Origin: a virus
IMG/VR virus record: IMGVR_UViG_3300010352_001565
Coordinates: 179,055 to 222,710 of that record
DNA length: 43,656 bases
Direction: 5' to 3' (one strand)
The notes below the pieces were generated by a model. That model was not told where the DNA came from. It saw only the letters and a list, made by a program, of their open reading frames with translations, and made no database searches. Position 1 is the first letter of the stretch. Each line of letters starts with the position of its first letter. Shown here piece after piece: positions 1-8,211 of this stretch. The translations under genes were made by a program, and so were the position numbers.

Positions 1-34
1 AATCGTCCCTGGCGCAACTATCGCGCGTGTCGCG

Positions 35-316
35 CTAGGAACTCCGTCTAGTACTGACGATCGAATCAACGCCATGGGGTATGAACTCCTCACTGTAGGA
101 AAAATCACGATAAACAACCAAATCGATTGAGTTCTCCGTGGCATGAGAGAAATCTTTTACTACGGCGGATGCGCGGTCATTATCGCCGCATCCGCAATGG
201 CATGCCTTGGAGTCATCATATTTGGATGGTATTCGATCAAGTGGTCGGTCAGGCGCGTCTTCAAGACAGAAGTGTCTGCGGTTGAAATTGCGCATAAAGT
301 AACAACTTACTAGCAA
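35..316 (-). CDS. hypothetical Cys-rich protein (93 aa), transcribed away from promoter P1
   Basis: It is the only ORF longer than 60 aa in the first 350 bp. The plus strand has only an 18-aa ORF here. It has a CHCGCG Cys cluster. I recognise no homology. Confidence 0.25.
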   Translation of the reverse strand: MLVSCYFMRNFNRRHFCLEDAPDRPLDRIPSKYDDSKACHCGCGDNDRASAVVKDFSHATENSIDLVVYRDFSYSEEFIPHGVDSIVSTRRSS

Positions 317-353
317 ATAAATGTTTACAATTTCATGACGGCATGATAGAGTT
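311..353 (+). promoter_or_regulatory. conserved phage promoter copy 1 (variant -10)
   Basis: The sequence is agcaaataaatgTTTACAatttcatgacggcaTGaTAGAGT. It shares the A-rich upstream block, the TGTTTACAA -35 and a TGnTAnAGT extended -10 with the six other copies. The ATG of the first gene (359) lies 7 nt after the -10. Confidence 0.55.
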
Positions 354-358
354 CTGCC

Positions 359-1354
359 ATGAAATCTGTTTACATGGAACAGCGCGGATCATCCGGCGAT
401 GTTCAGCACAACAAGTTTTTTGAGCTCAAAGACGACGGTCGCACCGTGATCGCCACCTGGGGAGCCATTAACACCAAAGGACAATCAAAGGTCCTTGTGG
501 AATCGGAAGACCCTGCAGTACGCCAAGCGGCGTGGGACAAAAAGTTCAAGGAAAAAGCTCACCGCAAAGACAAGCCTTACGTCGTCATTAAAAAGGACGG
601 CGAACAGGTGGAAGACCGCCCATCTGCTGACGGGCGGCGATGGGGATTGGAAGTTGAGACCCACTCTAACCTGGAGCTTCGCGAGATCGCAAGGCGCATG
701 CAGGAACGCGGTCTTAAAGTCAACCTTGAATCGGGGCGCTACTTCCACTCGACAGGCGCAACATGGGATATTAAGCGCGACGGGTCATGCGGGTATGAGT
801 TCGCGAGCCCAATTTCCTCTGGGGAGCGCGGAATTTTCGACGCCAAAGTCGCGGTCGAAAAAATCCGAGAAGTTTGCCCGAACGCTGTGAACTCTAACTG
901 CGGCGTGCACGTGACTGTAGATGTCTCGGACCACAGCCCTCGAGACCTAAAGCGCCTTGCTGTTGGCTATCTCCGCGCACAGGAGCACTTCTACACTCAG
1001 TGCAACGAGTCGCGCCAGCAAAACCGCTACTGCAAGCGCAACCCGACGCAGAACATCAGCCAAATGATCGCCATGCACCCGGACAGCATCCAGCGCATTC
1101 TTGATCTTGCTGGTGGATGGAGAAACCACGATGACCGCTACCATGGTCTAAACTTCACCAGGGTCTTCTCGATCAAGGTTGTTGAGTTCCGCATGCTCGA
1201 ATCGACTGTGGCCATCCGCAAGGTTGGCGCGTGGATCGAGATGTGCGTGGGATTTGTGGACGGTCTCAAGAAATCCGGCGTCGAGTTCAAGTCAACGGGA
1301 CAGTTCTCAGAAGAGACTTTCAACCGCATACTTTCAGGAACCTTTACTGTCTAA
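359..1354 (+). CDS. amidoligase (GCS2 / COOH-NH2 ligase, glutamine-synthetase-like fold), paralog A
   Basis: Three motifs characteristic of the phage 'putative amidoligase enzyme' family are present in order: G-hEhE (WGLEVETH), G-hHhxh (CGVHVTVDV) and hEhR (VVEFRMLEST). ORFs 1739-3157 and 11647-12708 share the same three motifs in the same order. Confidence 0.6.
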   Translation: MKSVYMEQRGSSGDVQHNKFFELKDDGRTVIATWGAINTKGQSKVLVESEDPAVRQAAWDKKFKEKAHRKDKPYVVIKKDGEQVEDRPSADGRRWGLEVETHSNLELREIARRMQERGLKVNLESGRYFHSTGATWDIKRDGSCGYEFASPISSGERGIFDAKVAVEKIREVCPNAVNSNCGVHVTVDVSDHSPRDLKRLAVGYLRAQEHFYTQCNESRQQNRYCKRNPTQNISQMIAMHPDSIQRILDLAGGWRNHDDRYHGLNFTRVFSIKVVEFRMLESTVAIRKVGAWIEMCVGFVDGLKKSGVEFKSTGQFSEETFNRILSGTFTV

Positions 1355-1357
1355 CTT

Positions 1358-1732
1358 ATGGAAAAGAAGAAATCGCCAGGTCAACTCGCGTACGAAGCCC
1401 ACCACGCTTACCTCAATAGCAACCCCGATTTCAGGTATGATTCTAAATCGCCTTGGGAGAACGCTACTGAGGATGTGAAAAAGGCATGGGAACTTGGCGC
1501 GGCTGCGTGCCGCCGTCCTTTGGCTGAAAAGCTCTACAGCGCGAGGCATTACGTTACCCGTCTCCTTATCTGCTATCGGGATCACCTACTTGGGACCTGG
1601 TACGAAGACACCGCAAAAGGATGCGGCATCTCCGCGGATGGATGCGGGTTTCTCGAGCACACCTACCGCTGGGACAATCCTGGCGATAAAGGTGCCGATA
1701 AGGTTGTGGATGCGCTTGCCAGTTCTGACTGA
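1358..1732 (+). CDS. hypothetical protein (124 aa) inside the amidoligase cluster
   Basis: The ATG is 4 nt after the upstream stop. Composition is coding-like. I recognise no motif. Confidence 0.5.
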   Translation: MEKKKSPGQLAYEAHHAYLNSNPDFRYDSKSPWENATEDVKKAWELGAAACRRPLAEKLYSARHYVTRLLICYRDHLLGTWYEDTAKGCGISADGCGFLEHTYRWDNPGDKGADKVVDALASSD

Positions 1733-1738
1733 CGTGAT

Positions 1739-3157
1739 ATGCCTCGGACTAAGCTAACATACGGAATCGAGTTGGAGTGCACTAAGCTCATGCCCAACGC
1801 GGCTGAGATCATTGCACGCCGCGAGTTTGACAACCATTACGACAACTCCATCAAAGGAAACGATGGCGAGGATCTCCCGCGCGGAGAAGGTGGCGGATCT
1901 GAACTCGTCACCAAGCCTCTGATCATTGAAGCTTACTTGCACGATCGCAAAGCCGTGCTGAACGACCGGAACGATACCAAAGCGGTTGTCCGCGACCTGT
2001 GCAGCTGCGCGCAGTCCGTAAACAAATCGTGTGGTCTGCATATCCACATCGGCTGTCCGCTGGAGAGCACTGGGCGTAGCACTCAGATGAGGAGCCGCTG
2101 GAATCCAGAGCAGACGCGGACGTTTCTCGCCATCGCGCTTGCTCTCGAGGATAAGATGTTTGACCTCTGCCCTCCGAGCAGAAGGAACAACAGCTACTGC
2201 AAAACGATTCGCGAGTTATACACCAACGCAGAGCTTGAGGCCTTTCACCCCACGGGAGAAGTTGTCGCCCGTAAGTGGGACAACGCCAAGCGCTACTGCT
2301 GGTTTAACATCGTCGAGACTCTCCGGATTGACAACGTCCCGTCGTCTCCAGGAACCGTCGAGATTCGCATGCTTGGAGCAGTGCGCAGGTTTGAATACAT
2401 TTGGTCCTGGATTAACCTCTGGCTCAAGATCGGAACTTATGTGGCATTTGCTACTCCAGCTTCTGCGATAATGAGCTGCGTACATTCTGGGGCGCTAGAC
2501 GAGGACATTGAGGCAGTGAGGACCGCGAAGAATTCGAAAGTTTCTCCGGCCGCTGAGCGGTCTCCGAGCATTTCGCGAATTGACGACGAGCATCCGAGAA
2601 ACGGCAGGTCTTTGCCTGTGTTCAACCCTACTCACCAAGCGTGGGAAATTCCAGCGACTCCAAGCTGGTCAGAGTTTCCTGGTGGTGCTGAAGACGGCGG
2701 ATACTCGGGAACGCAGATCAGATACTCTGACAGTGCGGAGACCGACAGCCAGCGGCAACAACGAATGGTTCAGGATTTAGTGAACGCATCTCAGCGGTCT
2801 CGCGAGGTGGCCCAAGCGGCTCCAGCTCCTGCCGCAACTCCAGCTCCTGCCGCAACTCCTGCTCCCGCTCCAGAACCCGCACCTTTACCCCCTCCTCCGC
2901 AACGACGACGAGGGCTTAGGCCGATTCAAGAGCGCATTCGCGATGCTGTTCGAGCTGAGCGCGCAAATGCACAGCAGGAGAACGCGCAGCAAGAGGAGAA
3001 CGTTCAATCAACTCCTCCATCCTACCGCGTGGTTGGAACATCCACCGGTCGATTAACTTCTTCCGGATCGAACGTGACTAGCAGACCGCGAGAGGAGAGC
3101 GAGGGCGGAGACCACTTTAGCGTCCTTGACTACGATGGCTTTGGCGAGCACTATTAA
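1739..3157 (+). CDS. amidoligase paralog B with a Pro/Ala-rich low-complexity C-terminal extension
   Basis: Carries YGIELECT, CGLHIHIGC and VEIRMLGAV. In the amidoligase / gamma-glutamyl-cysteine-ligase-2 fold these correspond to the metal-binding Glu pair, the His pair and the ATP-binding Arg. About 150 C-terminal residues are AAPAPAATPAPAATPAPAPEPAPLPPPP-like, encoded by an 18-bp tandem repeat at about 2821-2870. Confidence 0.6.
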   Translation: MPRTKLTYGIELECTKLMPNAAEIIARREFDNHYDNSIKGNDGEDLPRGEGGGSELVTKPLIIEAYLHDRKAVLNDRNDTKAVVRDLCSCAQSVNKSCGLHIHIGCPLESTGRSTQMRSRWNPEQTRTFLAIALALEDKMFDLCPPSRRNNSYCKTIRELYTNAELEAFHPTGEVVARKWDNAKRYCWFNIVETLRIDNVPSSPGTVEIRMLGAVRRFEYIWSWINLWLKIGTYVAFATPASAIMSCVHSGALDEDIEAVRTAKNSKVSPAAERSPSISRIDDEHPRNGRSLPVFNPTHQAWEIPATPSWSEFPGGAEDGGYSGTQIRYSDSAETDSQRQQRMVQDLVNASQRSREVAQAAPAPAATPAPAATPAPAPEPAPLPPPPQRRRGLRPIQERIRDAVRAERANAQQENAQQEENVQSTPPSYRVVGTSTGRLTSSGSNVTSRPREESEGGDHFSVLDYDGFGEHY

Positions 3158-3202
3158 ATAGTTGCAAAAAAGTGTTTACAATTTTCCGTGGCGTGATATA
3201 GT
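3155..3202 (+). promoter_or_regulatory. conserved phage promoter copy 2
   Basis: The sequence is aatagttgcaaaaaagTGTTTACAattttccgtggcgTGaTATAGT. An ATG at about 3209 opens a 14-codon leaderless mini-ORF that overlaps the start of the GATase gene. Confidence 0.65.
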
Positions 3203-3240
3203 AACAATATGAATTTTGAATTTAACCAAAAGGATAAACG

Positions 3241-4278
3241 ATGTGCGCAATAATTGGTTGGGCCGGAAAGATCCCAAAAGGCCTGCTGACCCGCATGCTG
3301 ATCGGGGCTGAAACCCGAGGCAAGGATTCGACTGGACTCGCTTTTCGAGCAGTTGAAGATGGGAAGACATGCAATCTATGCTATCGCCACATCGTCCCTG
3401 CCCGCACCTTCGTTGACATCCACAAGGACTTCGTGGGAGACGCCCGGCGTTCATTCCGCGGCATTGCTCACACTCGCAATGCATCTCCTGGAATGCCGAT
3501 CGATAACTCGAACGCGCACCCATACGTCTATCCGTGGGAAAACATGGGCAAGTATTACTTTGCGCACAACGGGCGAATCCAAAACTGGAAAGTTATCAAA
3601 GCGGAGCAGATTGAAATCTACTCCAGAGAGCTGAACGAGCTGATCTCAGAATTTGTGGCGCTTACGGCATCTGGCGAGAAGCCAATGACCGCTGAAGAGG
3701 TTAAGGTCGTCCTGACTGCCCTTGCGAAAGCTGAGCGCGAGCCTGTCTCAAAAGAGCAGGATGCTCTGAAAGCACTCGCTGAGGACAAGTTCAACGCCGC
3801 TCAGGGAATCGCCGCCCGTCTTCGCTACGTCGAAAATGCGACAACAGACTCGATGATTCTCGGACCGTGCATCGAGAACCGCGACTTCAGCGAAGTTGAC
3901 GGTTGCATGGCGCTGGTCTGGATGAAAGCAGACAACGTCTATACCTTCAGGAGCGCTAAAGAAGCTGTTGCGGCGACCGTCGTTTGGAAATACAAAAAGC
4001 CAGCGTCCGGAGAACCGGCAGACGACCAGCTTGTCACCATTGTTGCCAGTACGAAAGAGATTATCGAGAAGTCATTCGACAAAATCGCGGACGCTGTTGA
4101 CTCTGACATCGCGTTCATCAACTACGACGAGGGGCGCATTTACCGGCTTATGCCCAACACCATGGTTGATGAAGGGCGCGTTCCTGTCCACCAGGCAATT
4201 GAGGACGAGTTTTCATCATCGGTCGTTGAAACCGAAACCGCTGAGCAGATCAAAATTGAAGACGCGGGAACCAAATGA
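3241..4278 (+). CDS. class-II (Ntn-hydrolase) glutamine amidotransferase-like protein
   Basis: The N-terminus is MCAIIGW, so Cys becomes residue 1 after Met removal, the nucleophile position in GATase type 2. It also has HTRNASPG and YFAHNGRIQNW (an HNG-I-N-like motif). An AAGGA RBS lies 8 nt upstream. Confidence 0.6.
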   Translation: MCAIIGWAGKIPKGLLTRMLIGAETRGKDSTGLAFRAVEDGKTCNLCYRHIVPARTFVDIHKDFVGDARRSFRGIAHTRNASPGMPIDNSNAHPYVYPWENMGKYYFAHNGRIQNWKVIKAEQIEIYSRELNELISEFVALTASGEKPMTAEEVKVVLTALAKAEREPVSKEQDALKALAEDKFNAAQGIAARLRYVENATTDSMILGPCIENRDFSEVDGCMALVWMKADNVYTFRSAKEAVAATVVWKYKKPASGEPADDQLVTIVASTKEIIEKSFDKIADAVDSDIAFINYDEGRIYRLMPNTMVDEGRVPVHQAIEDEFSSSVVETETAEQIKIEDAGTK

Positions 4279-4664
4279 TCTCTGAGCTTCATCCAACTAT
4301 CAAGTGCATCAAGTGCGGCTCTCTTGTAGAGATGGCGCGCGTCCGAATCTTCGGCGCGCACGATCCATCAGGGCGCACTTGCGCGGCGTGCGCCCACAAA
4401 GCGCAGCAGACGACGCTTGAAAGGATACGCGAGAAGAAAGCTCAAGCACAGAAAGTTCCTGACCACGAGGATCGCAAACCAAGGCAGCTGTCTTTCGGTA
4501 ACCAGATGCTAGAAGCGTTTGGCATTCCAGCGACCGCCGCTGCGGTTCGGCGCCAAAGGAAGTGGTCTCCCACCGTCTACGTATTACGGAATGGAAGATG
4601 GATACCAAAAAGCCAGGACGTTGGTAAGCCAAAAATCAATCGGATCTACGACGATGAACATTAA
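4275..4664 (+). CDS. small zinc-ribbon protein (CxxC...CxxC)
   Basis: An ATGA overlap with the GATase stop indicates translational coupling. CIKCGS ... CAACAH form a Cys4 ribbon. Confidence 0.5.
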   Translation: MISELHPTIKCIKCGSLVEMARVRIFGAHDPSGRTCAACAHKAQQTTLERIREKKAQAQKVPDHEDRKPRQLSFGNQMLEAFGIPATAAAVRRQRKWSPTVYVLRNGRWIPKSQDVGKPKINRIYDDEH

Positions 4665-5529
4665 AGAGCTTGCGTACGGCGCGTTTCAAAGTGGGATCTA
4701 CAAAAAGAACATCCACTACCTGTTCGACAACGACGACTCTATGCAGTTCATGATGGTCAAGCAGATGGCTGGGTCGCCAGGCATGACAACATGGATCACA
4801 CAGCGCGCCTATTCGAAAGCAGGAATCCAGATTCAAGTGGAGAAGGACGTCTCGCTGGATCTCGAGGCAACTGACTTTGTCGCTGAGGCGGCGACGGTTG
4901 AGAACGTCCAGTGGCCATCCCCTGTTATCGAACTCTACTTTCAGGACCCAAAGCTTCCGACCATTCTGCTGATGAAAACGTCGCCAGCGCAGGTTGCCGA
5001 GTGGTTTCCGTATCTTGAAGTCGCGCTAGAAGCTGAGTGGTACATCACCGCTTTGATTCAGGAAGGCTCGAATGAGCTGGGGAAAGTGCTCAGCGTCCAG
5101 CTAAAGCCAGATATGTGGGACGAGTTTCTGACAACCGGAGAAACCGAGAAAATGGCAACCGGTTTGATGAGCTACAACTTGTCTGAGGTGGACAACGCAT
5201 CGATGTCCTACATGCTGAACCTGGCGCTCAAGGTCCTTGCTCTCGCGTCCATTCCAGGGTACAAACCCACGCCGATGTCTCGAAAGCAGATGCACGAGGG
5301 AAAACCAGGCGTCAAAGGACGGCCGAACATGCCGTCATTCCTGCTCTCGTACGGCCAAGCTCCGCTTGCTCCTCCTGTACGGCACGAAACCTCCGGGCGC
5401 CTGTTCAAAGGACGTCGCGGGCACATCCGGTGGTACATGGACCCCCGCTATACGAACCGGAGATTCACCTGGGACTTCATTAGGCCTGTCAGGGATCCAA
5501 AGACAGGAAAGTATCCAGACAGGAGTTAA
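4654..5529 (+). CDS. hypothetical protein (291 aa); the ORF-track start at 4519 is probably too far upstream
   Basis: The in-frame ATG at 4654 (MNIKELAYG...) avoids a 145-nt overlap with the previous gene. I recognise no domain. Confidence 0.45.
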   Translation: MNIKELAYGAFQSGIYKKNIHYLFDNDDSMQFMMVKQMAGSPGMTTWITQRAYSKAGIQIQVEKDVSLDLEATDFVAEAATVENVQWPSPVIELYFQDPKLPTILLMKTSPAQVAEWFPYLEVALEAEWYITALIQEGSNELGKVLSVQLKPDMWDEFLTTGETEKMATGLMSYNLSEVDNASMSYMLNLALKVLALASIPGYKPTPMSRKQMHEGKPGVKGRPNMPSFLLSYGQAPLAPPVRHETSGRLFKGRRGHIRWYMDPRYTNRRFTWDFIRPVRDPKTGKYPDRS

Positions 5530-5535
5530 AAGCTC

Positions 5536-5553
5536 CCCAGGAACAATCCTGGG
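5536..5553. terminator. hairpin between convergent genes (CCCAGGA-acaa-TCCTGGG), likely a terminator for the minus-strand operon
   Basis: A 7-bp GC-rich stem sits immediately after the stop of the minus-strand gene and is followed on that strand by AGCTTTTAA. Confidence 0.4.
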
Positions 5554-5769
5554 TCACTTCACCATCATCTTGGCGATCTCTTCGCACCCGCGAACTAGTG
5601 CCACAAGCGCTAAGGATGCAATCACAAGCATCAGTAGCGACACCGCAGTCGACTTCCTCCTTTTTTCCATGGCTAGCTTTGGGTTCTCAGCGCACTCAGG
5701 ACACAGCTTACCGTTGGGTAATGGAGACGTCCTGTCACAGATCTCGCACGGGCCGTGAATTTCAACCAT
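5554..5769 (-). CDS. small zinc-ribbon protein with a C-terminal transmembrane helix (71 aa; the track ORF 5554-6033 is trimmed to the internal ATG)
   Basis: The ATG at 5769 lies 1 nt after the helicase stop. CEIC...CPEC is followed by the hydrophobic stretch LLMLVIASLALVALV. The longer 159-aa version overlaps the helicase by 260 nt. Confidence 0.4.
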   Translation of the reverse strand: MVEIHGPCEICDRTSPLPNGKLCPECAENPKLAMEKRRKSTAVSLLMLVIASLALVALVRGCEEIAKMMVK

Positions 5770-5770
5770 A

Positions 5771-7189
5771 TTATTTGAGCTCCTCAGGGACATCTTCACC
5801 CGGATCTTTCTTTTCAGTCCGGCTGTTTTTGCCTTTTCTGCGAGGCTTATTATCCTCTTCAGCGGCATCTGGGTCGTATTCGATCTCGCTGTCGATCGTG
5901 ATCTTGAAAACGGTAGGATCGACCTTGCCTTTAAAGTGGCCGCAAGCTGCTCCGTGACGGTTGATGAAGATGAAGAAACGAAGCACGTTTTGGACATACT
6001 CCTCTTCAGTGGAGCAGAGACCGATCGCCGCATCCACGATACCTGCTTTTTCGAACGCGCCCTGGAAGCTCGTCATATTTGGAACGGCTGCGTCAACCGT
6101 GTCGCGATTGCAGCGGTCGGGCATGATCACGCAGCAGCCAAGCTCCTTACCCATCGCGCGGGCTTCGGTATAAATGTCAGACTGCTGACGATGGTCCTTA
6201 ATGTCTTTGGTGGCGCTTGGCTTGATCGTTTCAGCGTAGTCGATGAATATCGCTTTTGGGTGCAGATTGAACTGTTTGATGCACGTCTTGGCGTGCGCCT
6301 TGATGTTGGCGATTGTCGCCTGTTTTGCAGCGAAGTCCTTGAAGAGAAGGTTTCCGGCTACGAGCGACCCGAACTTCTCGTGGCAAGCTTGCTTGAACTT
6401 TTCAGGATTCTCATACATGTAGTCCATCGTCTTGCCAGACAAATTAGACAGGGCGCGGCAGATGGCCAACTCCTTTGAAATTTCGCAGGTGTAGTAGAGG
6501 ACATCCTCGTGGATTAACGGGCTGATCATGTTCAGCGCCAGATTCAAGCACACCGCCGTTTTGTAGCGTTTAGGAGGAGCGAGTGGAACGATGAGCCACC
6601 CGGGATGCCAGCCATTTTTCCAAATGCCGTCTAGGAGCGGATAACCCGTGCGGATACCAAATCCTTTAGCAGTAATGTTGTCGACCGCATAGTCGGCGTG
6701 GGCATGCAGCACCCATCCAAGATCGTCAAGATTCTGACCGATAGAAAGAGCCTCTTCAAATATCTTAACGATGTTAGTCTCTTTGATCTTGCCCTCTTTT
6801 ATCGAGTCGATCGATTTGCGCACGGCGTTAACCACGGCTCGTTCGCGGCAGAAGTCCACGGTCTTCTGCACCACATACTCCTTATCTCCAGTGTCCATGT
6901 CCCTGAGCCGCGTGATGTAATCTGCGACGCGGTTGCTGGAATCTTCCTCACCAGCTTCAATGTGGCGAAGATACTCGGAGGACATTTGGTTGAGAGTCTC
7001 CCATCCCGGAAACCTCCCGTACTGCTCGTTGTATTCGATGGCTACCTTTGCCACGGCAGTTGCTTGAACACCGGAGAAAAACTTCGGCTCGACAATCTGT
7101 CCATAGCACTGAAAATCCTGCGGGTGCTTGATAAGGCAACTGAGCAGGAGGTCTTGAAATTCTGCTGTAAATCCAAACTGTTCCATCAC
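5771..7189 (-). CDS. DnaB-like replicative helicase (RecA-fold)
   Basis: It has a DnaB-like N-terminal domain, the loop GYPLLDGIWKNGWHPGWLIVPLAPPKRYKT (LD...G...G.L.h.A with a degenerate Walker A KT) and a Walker-B-like AIFIDYAE. Confidence 0.6.
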   Translation of the reverse strand: MMEQFGFTAEFQDLLLSCLIKHPQDFQCYGQIVEPKFFSGVQATAVAKVAIEYNEQYGRFPGWETLNQMSSEYLRHIEAGEEDSSNRVADYITRLRDMDTGDKEYVVQKTVDFCRERAVVNAVRKSIDSIKEGKIKETNIVKIFEEALSIGQNLDDLGWVLHAHADYAVDNITAKGFGIRTGYPLLDGIWKNGWHPGWLIVPLAPPKRYKTAVCLNLALNMISPLIHEDVLYYTCEISKELAICRALSNLSGKTMDYMYENPEKFKQACHEKFGSLVAGNLLFKDFAAKQATIANIKAHAKTCIKQFNLHPKAIFIDYAETIKPSATKDIKDHRQQSDIYTEARAMGKELGCCVIMPDRCNRDTVDAAVPNMTSFQGAFEKAGIVDAAIGLCSTEEEYVQNVLRFFIFINRHGAACGHFKGKVDPTVFKITIDSEIEYDPDAAEEDNKPRRKGKNSRTEKKDPGEDVPEELK

Positions 7190-8211
7190 ATCACTTTCTT
7201 CAAAAAGACTTCGTTGCGGCTGTTGTAGTATTCAAGCGTCCAGTATTGCTGGATGGCGTAGCCAATGCGGCGCCAGAATTCGAATGAATCATCTACAGTT
7301 TCTGTCGCGATCTCAAAATCAGAGGGAGAGAATCCGTGCTGATTAAGAACTGTCTTGACAGCAATCGGCATCATGCGCTCTTTCGTCTTGAAAACATACT
7401 GAGCTCTCCTGTTGCTTCTCTTTAGTTCCTTCAAAGTCTGACAAACGCTGAACCGGTGGCGCTGGACCATCGGAGTCCCAGTAGGCTCATTAAGGTGCGG
7501 GGTAAGAATGGTCTCAACATAGCAGGCGTCGGTGGCAAGCCAGATGGGGCTAAGAGAAAGCTCCTGCATATTGAACAGCATTGGAGCAGGATCTCCAGAC
7601 GACCTTATCTTGTATCCCACGATGAAACTTCCAGCGATGATTTCGCTATTGAGCATCTGTTTCTCGGCGTCGGACGTTTTCTCTTTTCCGAGAAGTGTGT
7701 CAATGGCCTCAAGGTCAAACGTCCCGTACTTCTGGACGCACACAGAGCGGTACAGCTCAAGCCGGTGATTGGCGCGATCTCCGAACAGCATGTTGGCGTA
7801 AAACTTCCTGTCTGGAGAAGCCTCGCGGTAGCCTATCATGTTGGTCAGGATGTATAGGCGAAGAGAGCAACCGGCGTCGCTAGCAGCCTGCTCGACTCGC
7901 TGCTTTGCATCTTTTACCCGAAGTAGAGAGTCACCTTTGGTTTTGTAGACAGTTTCGTAGCAGGATTCGTACAGCATCGCCAGACTGTCGGCCTCTGGGT
8001 CTTTAACTGGGAGATCTCGAAGCCCTTTTGGAACAAAGTTGAATCTCAGTTTGTCTAAAGGAATGCGTCCTTTTCGCCGTCCAAGAGCTTTCTGGCACTC
8101 TTCAGCATGTTCGCACTTTGAGCAAAGTTCGTCTTTTCCGAACTCGAATCCGTAGCAGGGGCGTGGAGTTTGTATGGGGATGCGTTCAAGCATTGCGTTC
8201 TTTGAGAACAT
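7186..8211 (-). CDS. helicase-associated protein with an N-terminal Cys4 zinc ribbon; possible primase
   Basis: It is coupled to the helicase by an ATGA overlap at 7186-7189. The zinc ribbon is CYGFEFGKDELCSKCEHAEEC. I found no clear TOPRIM or AEP motif, so the primase call rests on context only. Confidence 0.35.
   Translation of the reverse strand: MFSKNAMLERIPIQTPRPCYGFEFGKDELCSKCEHAEECQKALGRRKGRIPLDKLRFNFVPKGLRDLPVKDPEADSLAMLYESCYETVYKTKGDSLLRVKDAKQRVEQAASDAGCSLRLYILTNMIGYREASPDRKFYANMLFGDRANHRLELYRSVCVQKYGTFDLEAIDTLLGKEKTSDAEKQMLNSEIIAGSFIVGYKIRSSGDPAPMLFNMQELSLSPIWLATDACYVETILTPHLNEPTGTPMVQRHRFSVCQTLKELKRSNRRAQYVFKTKERMMPIAVKTVLNQHGFSPSDFEIATETVDDSFEFWRRIGYAIQQYWTLEYYNSRNEVFLKKVM

Noticed and set aside
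495-890. 131-aa plus-strand ORF overlapping amidoligase A in another frame
   Set aside because: It is an alternative-frame artefact within a motif-supported gene, with an R/K/S-rich translation.
4519-4653. N-terminal 45 codons of track ORF 4519-5529
   Set aside because: This would overlap the zinc-ribbon gene by 145 nt. An in-frame ATG at 4654 sits just before the upstream stop, so the shorter form is preferred.
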